Assembly: GCA_049423065.1 (NCBI GenBank) | Contig: JBMSQB010000006.1 | Span: 4,435-68,434, forward strand | Source: Burkholderiaceae bacterium | GTDB lineage: Bacteria > Pseudomonadota > Gammaproteobacteria > Burkholderiales > Burkholderiaceae_E | Direction of reading: 5' to 3' | Length of the DNA stretch: 64,000 bases | The notes under the pieces: model-generated | The model's database searches: none | Seen by the model: only the letters and a program-made list of their open reading frames with translations | Told to the model about the DNA's origin: nothing | Shown: positions 1 through 9,354 of the stretch, piece after piece | How positions within the stretch are numbered: position 1 is the stretch's first letter | Layout of the letters: every line of letters begins with the position of its first letter | Made by a program: the position numbers and the translations under genes

Positions 1-3000
1 CGACCGGTGCTTGATTTCGATCTGCTGCGACTGCTCGATCAGGGCCTGAGCACCTCGGCAAAGGGGCTGCTCGCTCAGGTCATCTCCGATGATCTCGATG
101 CGCGCTTCTCGCTCACCTTCTCTGGGCTGCCGATTTATGACCTGAACGGCGCCTCGCTTGCTGGGCTGGATGTCTCGGTTGCCATTGATGACACTCCGAA
201 TCGTGCGCCGTCCATCACCCTGCCTCATACGGGAAGCAAGCTCGCCATCAGCTTGCCGGTTGGCTCAACGGTTGGTTTGGGTGCCCTGCTTGGGGATATC
301 AACTCAGACCTTTCCGCCGCGGGAGACCTGTTCAACGATACCGTTTCCGATCCGAACGCGGGCGATACCCTCTACTTCCTCGTTGGCAGGCCCACGTCGG
401 GCAGTCTTGTGTGGAAGGGTGACGTGGTGGTGTTCCCCTCGGCGGGTGGAACGCTTCCGCTGGGCTTCAAGGAGAGCGGGGGTGGCGTCTGGTTGATGGT
501 GGCAGCCTCCGAAGTGGGGCGTCTTGAATACCGGGCCAATCCTTCCATCGCGGCGGCCACATCGGGTGCCCAGGCGGAAGCGGCGGGTCTGATGGTGGCG
601 GTGATGGACCAGGCGGGCGCCATGTCCGCACCGTCTCAGGTCGCCATCACGGTCTCGGGCTCGCCTGTTCCGTCGGTGCTGGGACTGGTCGGCGATCAGG
701 ACAGACTGGTCGACCTATCGGCACAAATTCCTGGATTGGCCCCCGGTGCCGTTCTACCGACGGGCGCGACGGCCCGAGTGATGGCGGTTCCCGCCAACGG
801 CGTTCTCTACAAGGCGTCGGGGTCAACGCTTACTGAAGTCAAGGTGGGCGACACCGTCTCTTCCACCGACGTTATCAGGTTCGATCCGGTCAACGCACCG
901 GTGAGCGCGACAACGCCGGCGCGGGATGACCTGATGCTGCGCCAGCACGACTCGAACGGCGTCAGCTTCCGCCGCATCGACTTCTCGCTTGCCGTTGCTG
1001 CGTCTGACGCGATCCCCACGGCCCTCACGCTCACGCCTTCGGCCTCATCGGTGGCCGAGGGCTCGCTGATTGCGCAAGACCTGGTCGTTGCCAGCGTATC
1101 GGTCAGTGGCAGCAACACCGTCAACTACACCCTTACCGGCGCGGATGCGGGTCTGTTCAAGCTCACCAGCGATACGAGCGGCACCAAGCTGGTGATGGTG
1201 GGAGGGGTGACCACGCCCGACTTCGAGACCAGGAAGTCATACGCCGTGCGCGTGAACGCGGACAACCCCAACGTCGGAATTGCCGGCTCGGTGGAAGCCT
1301 CGCAAGACTTCACGGTGTCGGTCACCAATGTGCCCGACACCCTGGAGCTCCGCCGCAATTCGGTCACGCTCACCGATTACGACGCCAACGGGATTGCCAG
1401 GCCGACGACGGTGCTGGGTACGGTCTCTACCTCAGCGGGGCGTACCACCCTGGGTTTCGATGCCGCTGCTACCGGGGTGGGTTTTACCCGCGCCAACCTG
1501 GTCAAGCTTTTCGACACCACGCCTGGCAACGGCAAGGCACCAACGGTCAGCTTCGAGCTCGATCTGCAAAATCCTGCTGCGATCCAGGCAGGGAGCATGC
1601 AGCTGAATGTTGCACTCGAGGCGCGCTCGGGCGCGCTCGGCAATGCGCTGCCGATGACGGTCACTTTCCCGGTCACCATGAATCTGGTCAACCAGAACGG
1701 GGTGATCTCCTTCGGGTTGCCTACCCAGACCACGACCATGTCGCTCGCGGTGGGCAGCATGTCGCTGGGATCGCTCAAACTGGGCAATCTCGATACGGAC
1801 TTCTTCCAGGTCTCGAACTCCGGGTCGACAACCACGCCCAGTTCGCTCTCCATCAAGCTCGATAGCCTGTTCTCCAAGGCTGAGGCCGACAAGGTGTCGC
1901 TTGCCTCACTCGGGCAGGGCGGAGCAGTCGGGTTCGCGGGAGTGGTCGCCGCTGCAGCGTTGGGCGACAAGAAGCTGTCTGACCTGGTGGCGCTCGCGCG
2001 TGATGTCACCACGCTTTCGCCGGATGTGGCCGATACGCCGCTGGGTCGTATCGTCGAGATCCTGAAAGACACCGTCACAGTACCGACCAGCCTCAGCTCG
2101 ATGAAGTTCTCCGAGGCCCTGCGCCTCGGGGCGAAACTCGTGCTGCCCGAGAATCTTGGTGGCGCAACGTTGCGCGAGGCGGTCGGGCTTGGTTTCAAGG
2201 TGCTCGATTTGCCCCCGACATTGTCCACAGCGGGCTCGTTGCTGCAGGTGATGCGTGATGCCATCGATCTCCCGGCCAGCCTGGAAGGAACGCTGGGAAC
2301 GCTCAAGGGGCGGCTCGCAACCAACTCGTCCGAGCTTCAGCTTCTTGACAATGTCGAGACGCTCACGCGCGCTGTCCTCGGAACCAGCACCACGCCTTAC
2401 TCGGCATCGCTTGCCGACAAGACCATCCCGCAGTTGCTTGACATGATCGCTGCCAGCGGGCTGGGGTCGATGAAGCTCTCCGACATCAGCTCGAAAGTCG
2501 AGCAGGCGTTTGGCGGCCTCAAGGTTCCCCAGGTGCTTTCGCTCGCGTCAGATATCGCGGAGAACCTCTATGGTTCGATGCCGCTCAGCACGATGCTCAC
2601 CAAGGCCAATTCGGCGATCACGCTGCCGGCGTCGTCGTCGTCCCTTGGCGGACAATCGCTCAGCCAGCTGCTGGATATCGCACAGGCGTTGGTCGTGCTC
2701 GGCGACATGCTGCAAGGCGGTTCAACCGAACTGGCTGCGCTGACTGGTGGCTCCACCACCGTGGCGGCGTTGGTCAACCTGGTCCAGAGCGCAGTCACTG
2801 TAGACGGCAAGATCTCGGGTCGGTCGCTCGGCAATCTGCTTGAGCTGATGGACAGCACCTTCAAGGTAAGCGAAGCGTTGGGCACCGGCAACTCCCTGAC
2901 CGAGTTGGTGAACGATCTGCGTAATGACATGGTCGATCTCGACACCATGGTTCACCTCGCAAGTCGCGCGGTATTCAGTGACAATGGGGAACTGTCCTTG

Positions 3001-3468
3001 CGGGTTGATCTGCCCGACGCAATGGGTCTGCTCAGCGCCGACGACACGGTAATCCATTCGCTGGCCTTCAAGGCGGCTATTGCCGCGGCGCCCAACTCTG
3101 CACCCAGTCTGGTGGCGCCCAGCGGAACGCCTTCATCGACCATTGATCCGTCAGGCCCCACCTTCAACTTCGGCAAGTTCCTGCTGGGTGGCGCCGCCTC
3201 GGGTGGCGACGCTGGCGACTCTGTGAAGGGCATCTGGGTGACCAATCCCGCCACGGGTTCGTTCACGTTCAATGGCAAGACTCTGTTGTCGGGCGAGCAG
3301 GCTTTCGTTCCGCTTGGGTCCAGCGGCACGAGCACCCCGGATCTCGAGGATCTGGTCTTCAACTCGGGCACTGCGGCGACAGGTACTTCAATTCCAATGT
3401 CCTACATCGTTGAAGACAGCCGCGGTGCATTGAGTCTGCCCACAACTTACAACTACACGGTCATCTGA
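1..3468 (+). CDS. Large secreted Ig/cadherin-like repeat surface protein (adhesin-like), C-terminal part; 5' end lies outside the window
   Basis: Frame 1 is open from nt 1, and the track's GTG at nt 7 is probably internal. Motifs DPNAGDTLYF and TLTPSASSVAEGS...NYTLTGADAGLFKL...TRKSYAVRVNA...FTVSVTNVPD resemble cadherin-like/bacterial Ig-like adhesin modules. I found no Cys in the 1153 listed residues. Composition is Ser/Thr/Gly/Leu/Val-rich. The C-terminal beta-rich module ends ...LPTTYNYTVI. Confidence 0.7.
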   Translation, partial: RPVLDFDLLRLLDQGLSTSAKGLLAQVISDDLDARFSLTFSGLPIYDLNGASLAGLDVSVAIDDTPNRAPSITLPHTGSKLAISLPVGSTVGLGALLGDINSDLSAAGDLFNDTVSDPNAGDTLYFLVGRPTSGSLVWKGDVVVFPSAGGTLPLGFKESGGGVWLMVAASEVGRLEYRANPSIAAATSGAQAEAAGLMVAVMDQAGAMSAPSQVAITVSGSPVPSVLGLVGDQDRLVDLSAQIPGLAPGAVLPTGATARVMAVPANGVLYKASGSTLTEVKVGDTVSSTDVIRFDPVNAPVSATTPARDDLMLRQHDSNGVSFRRIDFSLAVAASDAIPTALTLTPSASSVAEGSLIAQDLVVASVSVSGSNTVNYTLTGADAGLFKLTSDTSGTKLVMVGGVTTPDFETRKSYAVRVNADNPNVGIAGSVEASQDFTVSVTNVPDTLELRRNSVTLTDYDANGIARPTTVLGTVSTSAGRTTLGFDAAATGVGFTRANLVKLFDTTPGNGKAPTVSFELDLQNPAAIQAGSMQLNVALEARSGALGNALPMTVTFPVTMNLVNQNGVISFGLPTQTTTMSLAVGSMSLGSLKLGNLDTDFFQVSNSGSTTTPSSLSIKLDSLFSKAEADKVSLASLGQGGAVGFAGVVAAAALGDKKLSDLVALARDVTTLSPDVADTPLGRIVEILKDTVTVPTSLSSMKFSEALRLGAKLVLPENLGGATLREAVGLGFKVLDLPPTLSTAGSLLQVMRDAIDLPASLEGTLGTLKGRLATNSSELQLLDNVETLTRAVLGTSTTPYSASLADKTIPQLLDMIAASGLGSMKLSDISSKVEQAFGGLKVPQVLSLASDIAENLYGSMPLSTMLTKANSAITLPASSSSLGGQSLSQLLDIAQALVVLGDMLQGGSTELAALTGGSTTVAALVNLVQSAVTVDGKISGRSLGNLLELMDSTFKVSEALGTGNSLTELVNDLRNDMVDLDTMVHLASRAVFSDNGELSLRVDLPDAMGLLSADDTVIHSLAFKAAIAAAPNSAPSLVAPSGTPSSTIDPSGPTFNFGKFLLGGAASGGDAGDSVKGIWVTNPATGSFTFNGKTLLSGEQAFVPLGSSGTSTPDLEDLVFNSGTAATGTSIPMSYIVEDSRGALSLPTTYNYTVI

Positions 3469-3489
3469 CCAGAGCCGCCATGGCGACAC

Positions 3490-3518
3490 CGCCGTGACGC
3501 GTATCACGCGTAACGGCG
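3490..3518. other. Intergenic hairpin (12-bp stem, one mismatch, 3-nt loop) after the adhesin gene; no U-tract
   Basis: The sequence cgccgtgacgcgtatcacgcgtaacggcg pairs 1-29 to 13-17 with a single G/A mismatch and contains two ACGCGT palindromes. It sits between the stop at 3468 and the next start at 3532. Confidence 0.3.
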
Positions 3519-3531
3519 GAATCGCCGGCAA

Positions 3532-4674
3532 ATGGCTTCGATTCACGCACCTCACGACATGCCGATGGCATCTATCCCGCGGTGGGTGACAGTCGCCTTG
3601 CCTGAGCGATGGGTTGTAACGCGATGTGCCGCTGTTTTGGCGGCAGCGGCTCTGCTGCATTCCACGGGGCCTGCGCTCTCGGCGCCGCTTGATCCATTGC
3701 TGGAAGCGGGGCCGCACACCAAGGCTGGGACCGGGTTCCTCGAGCTGTCGAGCGATGGCATGAGCAAGCAGCTGGACTTGCTGCGCCTTCGTCCGGAAGG
3801 CCTGACGGACGACGCTGCGGGCGTGCTGCGTGGATTTCGGTTGCGGGCGGGGTACGGCGTCAATTCCCGTCTGTGGATTGACGGAGGGTTTTTTCGGCGA
3901 CAGATTTTTTATGGCGGACTGGGCCCGTTTTTCAATGGCTGGCAACTTGGCGGTCAGTGGCGCCTGCGCGAATCATTGGGCCGATGGTCGGGCCCGGATG
4001 TTTCGCTTCGGCTGAACGCATGGGGCAATGAATCTGGAACCATCTCGGTTCCCCGCGGCACGCTCGAGCGCTACCGGAGTTTTGATCTGCTGGATTCGCT
4101 CTCGGTCAATGGGGCAAGCGATCGCCAGCTTCAGACCGACCTGGTCAGCACATGGTGGAACGGTGGCTCGGTGTGGTCGCTGTTTGCCGGTACCGGAGTG
4201 GGCCGGGTCTCGGTTGATTCCATCACCGCCTCGGTTGGGCCCTTTTCGACCACCTGGCGAGGGGGCCGCTTCGACAGCGATCTCATTCAGTCGCTAGCGC
4301 CGACTTTGGGTATCAGCGATGCGCTTGCAACCATCAACTATCAGACCCGGTTCGTCCATGGTGGCGCGGGGGTGCGGGTGCCGCTTGGAAACTGGGCGAT
4401 CCGCGGTGGCTACCAGTATTTTTCGATTCATCGCGATGGTGTGGATGCGTTCATCAATTCGCGCCCAACCGACAACACGCCCTATCGCATCAACCATACC
4501 CTGCTGGGCGAGGTCGCCTATCGCATGGCGCCGGGGATGCGCGTGTTCGTGCGCGGACAGGCAATGAGCAATCAGATGCTTTCCGAAATGCCGCTTCTTT
4601 ACAACTCGCTCACCGCGCGGCGCTTCAACGAACGCTACGGCATTCTGTCGGCGGGCGTGATGGCCAGCTTCTAG
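3532..4674 (+). CDS. Putative outer-membrane beta-barrel protein (uncharacterised)
   Basis: N-terminal signal-like segment (AAVLAAAALLHSTGPALSA/PLDP). Many alternating hydrophobic/aromatic strands (WSLFAGTGVGRVSV, AIRGGYQYFSI, LLGEVAYRMAPGMRVFVRG). The C-terminal ...GVMASF ends in Phe, as in beta-barrel OMPs. The start may be an internal Met (residue 10 or 12). Confidence 0.5.
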   Translation: MASIHAPHDMPMASIPRWVTVALPERWVVTRCAAVLAAAALLHSTGPALSAPLDPLLEAGPHTKAGTGFLELSSDGMSKQLDLLRLRPEGLTDDAAGVLRGFRLRAGYGVNSRLWIDGGFFRRQIFYGGLGPFFNGWQLGGQWRLRESLGRWSGPDVSLRLNAWGNESGTISVPRGTLERYRSFDLLDSLSVNGASDRQLQTDLVSTWWNGGSVWSLFAGTGVGRVSVDSITASVGPFSTTWRGGRFDSDLIQSLAPTLGISDALATINYQTRFVHGGAGVRVPLGNWAIRGGYQYFSIHRDGVDAFINSRPTDNTPYRINHTLLGEVAYRMAPGMRVFVRGQAMSNQMLSEMPLLYNSLTARRFNERYGILSAGVMASF

Positions 4675-4684
4675 CGCACACACC

Positions 4685-5872
4685 ATGCTGGAAATTCTGA
4701 CGCTATTCGACAGCCTGCTGCTACCCAGTCTCCTTGCGACGCTGCTCGGGACGGTGCTTGCAATCGGATGGCTCATCGATCGCGCGCCGGGGCTGGGTCT
4801 GCTCGACCGCCCGGGTGGCCGAAAGCATCACGCCCAGCCTACCCCGCTGGTGGGGGGCTTGGGTATCGGCTTCGGCCTGATTGTGATCTGGCTGCTGGTG
4901 CCTGCGCTTCGCCCCGACCCATGGCTCATTGCTGGGTTTGTCGCGCTGCTTGCGCTTGGCGCGATCGATGATCACCGCGAACTGCCCGCGCTCCAGAAGC
5001 TTGGGATAGAACTGGTCGTGGTGGCGGTCGCACTGGCGGCCGCGGGCGTGACGCTGGGCCATCTCGGAATGCTCCTGCCCGGAATCGAGGTACATCCGCT
5101 CTGGCTTGGTTGGCCGATTGCAGTGTTTGGCGTAGCGAGCGTCCTGAACGCGCTCAACATGATTGATGGCGTTGACGGACTCTCAGGGGGGATTTCGTTT
5201 GCAGGATTTGCCGCGCTCGCCGCCGCAGCGGGTCTGGCAGGGGACGCCGCACTGATGCAGATGGCGCTTGTTCCCTGCGCGGCCGTTGCAGGGTTTCTGG
5301 GCTACAACCTGCGCTTTCCCGGGCGGCCGGCTGCGCGCGTGTTCCTGGGTGACGCCGGAAGCCTGTCAGTAGGTTTTCTGCTGGGCGTTTATGCGATCGT
5401 GATCTGCCAGAACACATCGGTCCCGGCTATCACCACCGTGTGGGCGGTGGCGTTGCCACTGCTCGACGGCCTGACAGTGATCCAGCGGCGATCAGCCCGC
5501 GGGGTGAGCGTCACGCAACCAGGCGCCGATCATCTCCATCACCTGCTGCGCGCCTGGGGGCTGGGCGCCACAGCGATTACTGCAGCTGAAACGGGGCTTG
5601 CCCTGGCGTTCGCAGGGCTGGGCATTGTGCTGTGGCAAGCAGGTGCAGAGGAGTGGGTGAGCCTCTTTCTGCTGCTGCTCCTCGCGCTTGTGTTCCGCGC
5701 CGGGAGCGATCGCGCCTGGCAGATGCTGCGGGAGCGCCAGGCTGACACGCGTTCGCCGATCCGCGCTGATGATCCGGACGACGACTCCGTGGCGCTCGCA
5801 GGGAGCGCCTCGCTGGACGCAGCACAAGGCAGCGGGCTGCCGGAGACGCGTTCGGGCAACGGCGAGCGTTAG
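4685..5872 (+). CDS. Polyprenyl-phosphate N-acetylhexosamine-1-phosphate transferase (glycosyltransferase family 4, WecA/MraY-like)
   Basis: Multi-TM protein with LGLLDRPGGRKHH, GAIDD and NALNMIDGVDGLSGG motifs typical of WecA/WbpL/MraY-type transferases. It has a charged C-terminal tail of about 60 aa. Confidence 0.8.
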   Translation: MLEILTLFDSLLLPSLLATLLGTVLAIGWLIDRAPGLGLLDRPGGRKHHAQPTPLVGGLGIGFGLIVIWLLVPALRPDPWLIAGFVALLALGAIDDHRELPALQKLGIELVVVAVALAAAGVTLGHLGMLLPGIEVHPLWLGWPIAVFGVASVLNALNMIDGVDGLSGGISFAGFAALAAAAGLAGDAALMQMALVPCAAVAGFLGYNLRFPGRPAARVFLGDAGSLSVGFLLGVYAIVICQNTSVPAITTVWAVALPLLDGLTVIQRRSARGVSVTQPGADHLHHLLRAWGLGATAITAAETGLALAFAGLGIVLWQAGAEEWVSLFLLLLLALVFRAGSDRAWQMLRERQADTRSPIRADDPDDDSVALAGSASLDAAQGSGLPETRSGNGER

Positions 5873-5920
5873 GGCTTGCAGACCGCCAGGGTAGACCCAA
5901 GGGTCACGCTGGCTAGTGGG

Positions 5921-6613
5921 CTACTTTGTCTGACCTTTTGCGGGAGCGGCCGCAGGCGCGGGAGGCGTTGCGCCGGCAGCCGCGGGAGCGGCCGGCTGCG
6001 CTGCTCCTCCGGTTGCTCCACCCTTCGAGGCCCCCGCTCCGGCGCGCGTCGGTGCAGCTGCGGCCGGCGGTTGAGCGGCGGCCTGGGCTGCGGCCTGAGC
6101 CGCGGCAGCCCTCGCTGCTGCAGCGGCCGCTTCGGCGGCAGCCAGCGTTCGGCAATCGGCCAGCATCTCGATTTTCTGGCCCGCTGCGATCAGGCCGGCC
6201 TGCGCCGCGCAAAGCGATTTCAGCCGTGCGTTCCATTCCACCAGTTCGAGCGCTTTTTCGAACAGCTGCCGGACTTCGGTGTCGGTGCTGCCTTTGGTGA
6301 GCATACGAACCGCACCCTGGGCAAGCGCGCGCTCGGCTGAGGGAGGGCGTGTACGCGCGGCGGCTTCGATGTCTTCCAGGGCGACACCGCTTGCCAGTGC
6401 AGCGCGCACCGCGTCAAGCTCGTTGGCCTTGCGCTGCAGGCCCTGCATGCGCTCGGTCATGCTGTCGATGGCGGCGCGGCCGGCTTCGAGTTCGTTGGAC
6501 ACGCTGGCGAGCGCAGCCTGATTGATGGACGCCTTGTTCCACATCCACCACGTGCCGCCGGCACCCGCGATTGTGAGCAAGCCCAGCAGAATTTCAAGGA
6601 TCAGCCGCTTCAT
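5921..6613 (-). CDS. Membrane-anchored coiled-coil protein with Ala/Pro-rich C-terminal tail (hypothetical)
   Basis: Start moved to the ATG at 6613 (MKRLILEILLGLLTIAGAGG...), preceded by GGAGA 7 nt upstream. The track's longer ORF would overlap the neighbouring Bug gene. One N-terminal TM helix, then a heptad-like region, then AAQAAAQAAAQPPAAAAP... low complexity. Third-position GC bias supports this strand. Confidence 0.55.
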   Translation of the reverse strand: MKRLILEILLGLLTIAGAGGTWWMWNKASINQAALASVSNELEAGRAAIDSMTERMQGLQRKANELDAVRAALASGVALEDIEAAARTRPPSAERALAQGAVRMLTKGSTDTEVRQLFEKALELVEWNARLKSLCAAQAGLIAAGQKIEMLADCRTLAAAEAAAAAARAAAAQAAAQAAAQPPAAAAPTRAGAGASKGGATGGAAQPAAPAAAGATPPAPAAAPAKGQTK

Positions 6614-6681
6614 TCGAATGTATCTCCAGGAAGAGCGGGGCTTACGCCAGCCAGTGAGCGAAAAGGCTCGACCGCCAGGGT

Positions 6682-7704
6682 TTAATCGACCGTTGCACCC
6701 GATTCCTTGACAATCCGGGCCCACATCACGAGTTCTTCCCGGACCAGCCTTGCGAGCTGATCGGGATTGCCTGGCCACACTTCCGCGCCCTGGCCGGCCA
6801 GGCGTTCGCCCAGATCGGAGGCGGACAACACCTGGGTGGAGACCGCAAGAATGCGGTCAATGACCGGTTTGGGCGTGCCGGCGGGAGCAAACAGCCCGTA
6901 CCAGGAATTGGCAAAGAAGCCAGGCAGACTTTCTGCGAGCGTAGCGACCTCAGGGGCAAGCGGGGTCCGCTTTTCGGTCGCTACGCCGATCACATTGAGC
7001 TTGCCGGACTTCACGAAGGGCATGACGCCGGGGAAGCTGCCGAAGGTGATGGGGACCTGACCGCTCACCACGTCGGCTGCCGCCGCGGCTGCACCGCGGT
7101 AGGGAATGTGCACCAGGTGCAGGCCGGCCGCGCTGTTCAGCATGACGCCGAGGAGATGGTTGAGCGTGCCGTTGCCCGCCGAGGCGTAGTCGATCTTGCC
7201 GGGCCGCTGCCGGGCCAGATCAATCAGATCTTTGAGGCTTTTTGCGGGAAACGACGGGTTGGCCACCAGCAGGTATGGCGCGGTGGCCACCGTCATGATG
7301 GGCGCGAAGTCTGCGACAGGATCAAATCCAGGGTTGCGGTAAAGCGCGGGGTTGATGGTCTGTGCGCTCTGGGCGGTAAGCAGAAGCGTGTAGCCGTCTT
7401 TGGGGGCACGGGCGACATGCGCCGTGCCCACGTTGCCGCCTGCGCCCGTGCGATTTTCGATGACCACCGATTGCCCGAGGGCCGGACCCAGGCGCTGCGC
7501 GAATGCGCGCGCCACAGTGTCGTTTGCACCGCCCGCTGCCTGCGGCACCACGATGACGACAGGCTTGGCGGGATAGGTGTCCTGCGCAAAGGTGATCGCA
7601 GACAGCGTGCAGGTGAGGGCGGTGATCACAGCGGGCAGGGCAGAGCCTGCAACCCGCCTGCCGGCTTTCACCGCGAGGAACTGGCAGCGAATCAGAACAC
7701 TCAT
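6682..7704 (-). CDS. Bug/TctC-family tripartite tricarboxylate transporter substrate-binding protein (orphan)
   Basis: Signal peptide followed by YPAKPVVIVVPQAAGGANDTVAR and YASAGNGTLNHL motifs typical of the Bug family. Start set at the ATG at 7704 (MSVLIR...). Confidence 0.85.
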   Translation of the reverse strand: MSVLIRCQFLAVKAGRRVAGSALPAVITALTCTLSAITFAQDTYPAKPVVIVVPQAAGGANDTVARAFAQRLGPALGQSVVIENRTGAGGNVGTAHVARAPKDGYTLLLTAQSAQTINPALYRNPGFDPVADFAPIMTVATAPYLLVANPSFPAKSLKDLIDLARQRPGKIDYASAGNGTLNHLLGVMLNSAAGLHLVHIPYRGAAAAAADVVSGQVPITFGSFPGVMPFVKSGKLNVIGVATEKRTPLAPEVATLAESLPGFFANSWYGLFAPAGTPKPVIDRILAVSTQVLSASDLGERLAGQGAEVWPGNPDQLARLVREELVMWARIVKESGATVD

Positions 7705-7756
7705 GGGACCTCTCCGATGGGGTGTCATGCTCTGCGAATCATACTGAATGCAGGGC

Positions 7757-8317
7757 TTAAAGCAGGCGCTCGGGTTCCAGCGTGACCAGATCGGTGGCGT
7801 TTCCGATCATCAGCGTGCCGTCCTGAATCGTGGCCTGAAGCGACATGGAGCGAGCGGCGAGCTTGCCAAGCGCGCGGGTGCCGTCGGCGGGCAGGCGCCA
7901 GATCTCGATTTTGGATTGTCGCGACAGCTTCGACTCAAGCAGCGACCACCAGACGTCGGCAGCTGCCGAGAACGCGTAGACGCAGACGCGGTCTGCCCGG
8001 CTGCTGGCGCGCGTGAGCGCGCGCTCGTCGGGTTGCCCCACTTCGATCCACAGCCGTCGCCGGCCGGTGTAGTCGGTGAGACGGAGATCGGGATCGTCGG
8101 GGTCGGAGAGTCCGGCGCCGAACGCGAGTTCGGCATCACCCTCGCAAAGCGTCTGCACCTGATGCGCATTCAGCGCATAGGCCGCCACCCGCACCATCAT
8201 GCGCTCCTCTGTCTCGCTGGGGTGGCAGGCGATGGTGAGCTGATGTTGGGCATAGTGACCGTGCTCGATGTCGGACACATCGAGCTGGGCTTTGTAGATT
8301 GTTGATTTCAGAGCCAT
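7757..8317 (-). CDS. yaeQ: YaeQ family protein
   Basis: MALKSTIYKAQLDVSDIEHGHY...CHPSETEERMMVRV closely parallels the E. coli YaeQ N-terminus as I remember it. Start set at the ATG at 8317. Confidence 0.85.
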   Translation of the reverse strand: MALKSTIYKAQLDVSDIEHGHYAQHQLTIACHPSETEERMMVRVAAYALNAHQVQTLCEGDAELAFGAGLSDPDDPDLRLTDYTGRRRLWIEVGQPDERALTRASSRADRVCVYAFSAAADVWWSLLESKLSRQSKIEIWRLPADGTRALGKLAARSMSLQATIQDGTLMIGNATDLVTLEPERLL

Positions 8318-8439
8318 CCGGCGTCCTCGTAATGGCCGGATTGTTACACGGCGCAAGGGCCGCAGCGCCTGGCTGAGGGCTCAGCCGATGCAATCTTCCA
8401 TCTGACGAAATTTGACCCAGATTCGCGGGAGTATGATCG

Positions 8440-9351
8440 GTGGTCATGTCGACAAGCGACCTCACGCCGCCGGGCAGCCCGCAACGCAATCATGCGGCGA
8501 ACCGGCTGGGCATCCTGTTCATGGTCGTGTCGCTCGCGTGTTTCGTGATCAACGATGCACTGATGAAAGCGCTGGGCGCGTCGATGCCCCTGTGGCAGGC
8601 GATCTTCGTGCGAGCGGTGTTCTCCTCGATCTGGATCGTCATCGCGTTGCAGGTCACCGGCGTTCGGGTGAAGCCGCTGGAGCATGCACGGCCCCCGGTT
8701 ATCGTCCGCGGACTGCTTGATTGCCTCGCCACTTTCACCTATCTGCTCTCGCTCATGCATATGCCGCTGGGAGACGCGATCGCCATCAACATGGCCTCGC
8801 CTCTGATGGTGACCACGCTGGCGGTGCTGGTGTTGCGCGAGCGCGTGGACAGGCTCCGCTGGATGGCGATTCTGGTGGGGTTCGGTGGCGTGCTGCTCCT
8901 CGTGCAGCCGTCTGCTGAGGGGCTCAATTTTTACGCGTTGCTGTGTCTTTTTGCCACGCTCATGCATTCGATACGCGATCTGGTCACTCGCCGCATCGCG
9001 CAAGGCGTGCCGTCGCTCGTGATCACGCTTGCAACATCGCTCACCATCATGGTGGTGTCGGGCCTCTTCTGCCTGGGGACGAACTGGCAACCGCTTGATC
9101 TGCGCTCAACGTTGCTGCTGGCGGCAGCGGCCCTCTTTCTGACCGGGGGCTATTTTTTCGTGATCCGCAGCACGCGGATCGGCGAGTTGTCGGTGGTGGC
9201 ACCGTTTCGGTACAGTGGACTTCCCATTGCGCTGGTCCTGGGCTGGGCGGTGTGGGGCGATCTGCCCAATCTCACTGGCTGGACCGGCATTGCGCTTCTG
9301 ATCGGCGCCGGACTGTATCTGCTGCATCGCGAGCGGGAGGCTCGCCGCTGA
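8440..9351 (+). CDS. DMT superfamily (EamA-like) transporter
   Basis: About 10 predicted TM segments in two EamA-like halves. Confidence 0.8.
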   Translation: MVMSTSDLTPPGSPQRNHAANRLGILFMVVSLACFVINDALMKALGASMPLWQAIFVRAVFSSIWIVIALQVTGVRVKPLEHARPPVIVRGLLDCLATFTYLLSLMHMPLGDAIAINMASPLMVTTLAVLVLRERVDRLRWMAILVGFGGVLLLVQPSAEGLNFYALLCLFATLMHSIRDLVTRRIAQGVPSLVITLATSLTIMVVSGLFCLGTNWQPLDLRSTLLLAAAALFLTGGYFFVIRSTRIGELSVVAPFRYSGLPIALVLGWAVWGDLPNLTGWTGIALLIGAGLYLLHREREARR

Positions 9352-9354
9352 GCC

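Noticed and set aside
3100-3468. RTX-type Ca-binding nonapeptide repeats or a T1SS signal at the adhesin C-terminus
   Set aside because: Only one weak GGxGxD-like element (SGGDAGD) is present, with no tandem nonapeptide array. A T1SS substrate assignment therefore cannot be supported from this fragment.
6000-6140. Repetitive GC-rich DNA (GCNGCN runs) that could be mistaken for a noncoding repeat or CRISPR-like array
   Set aside because: It is in-frame coding low complexity, the AAQAAAQAAAQPPAAAAP tail of the coiled-coil protein. It has no spacer/repeat architecture. No CRISPR-like periodic repeats were seen anywhere in the window.
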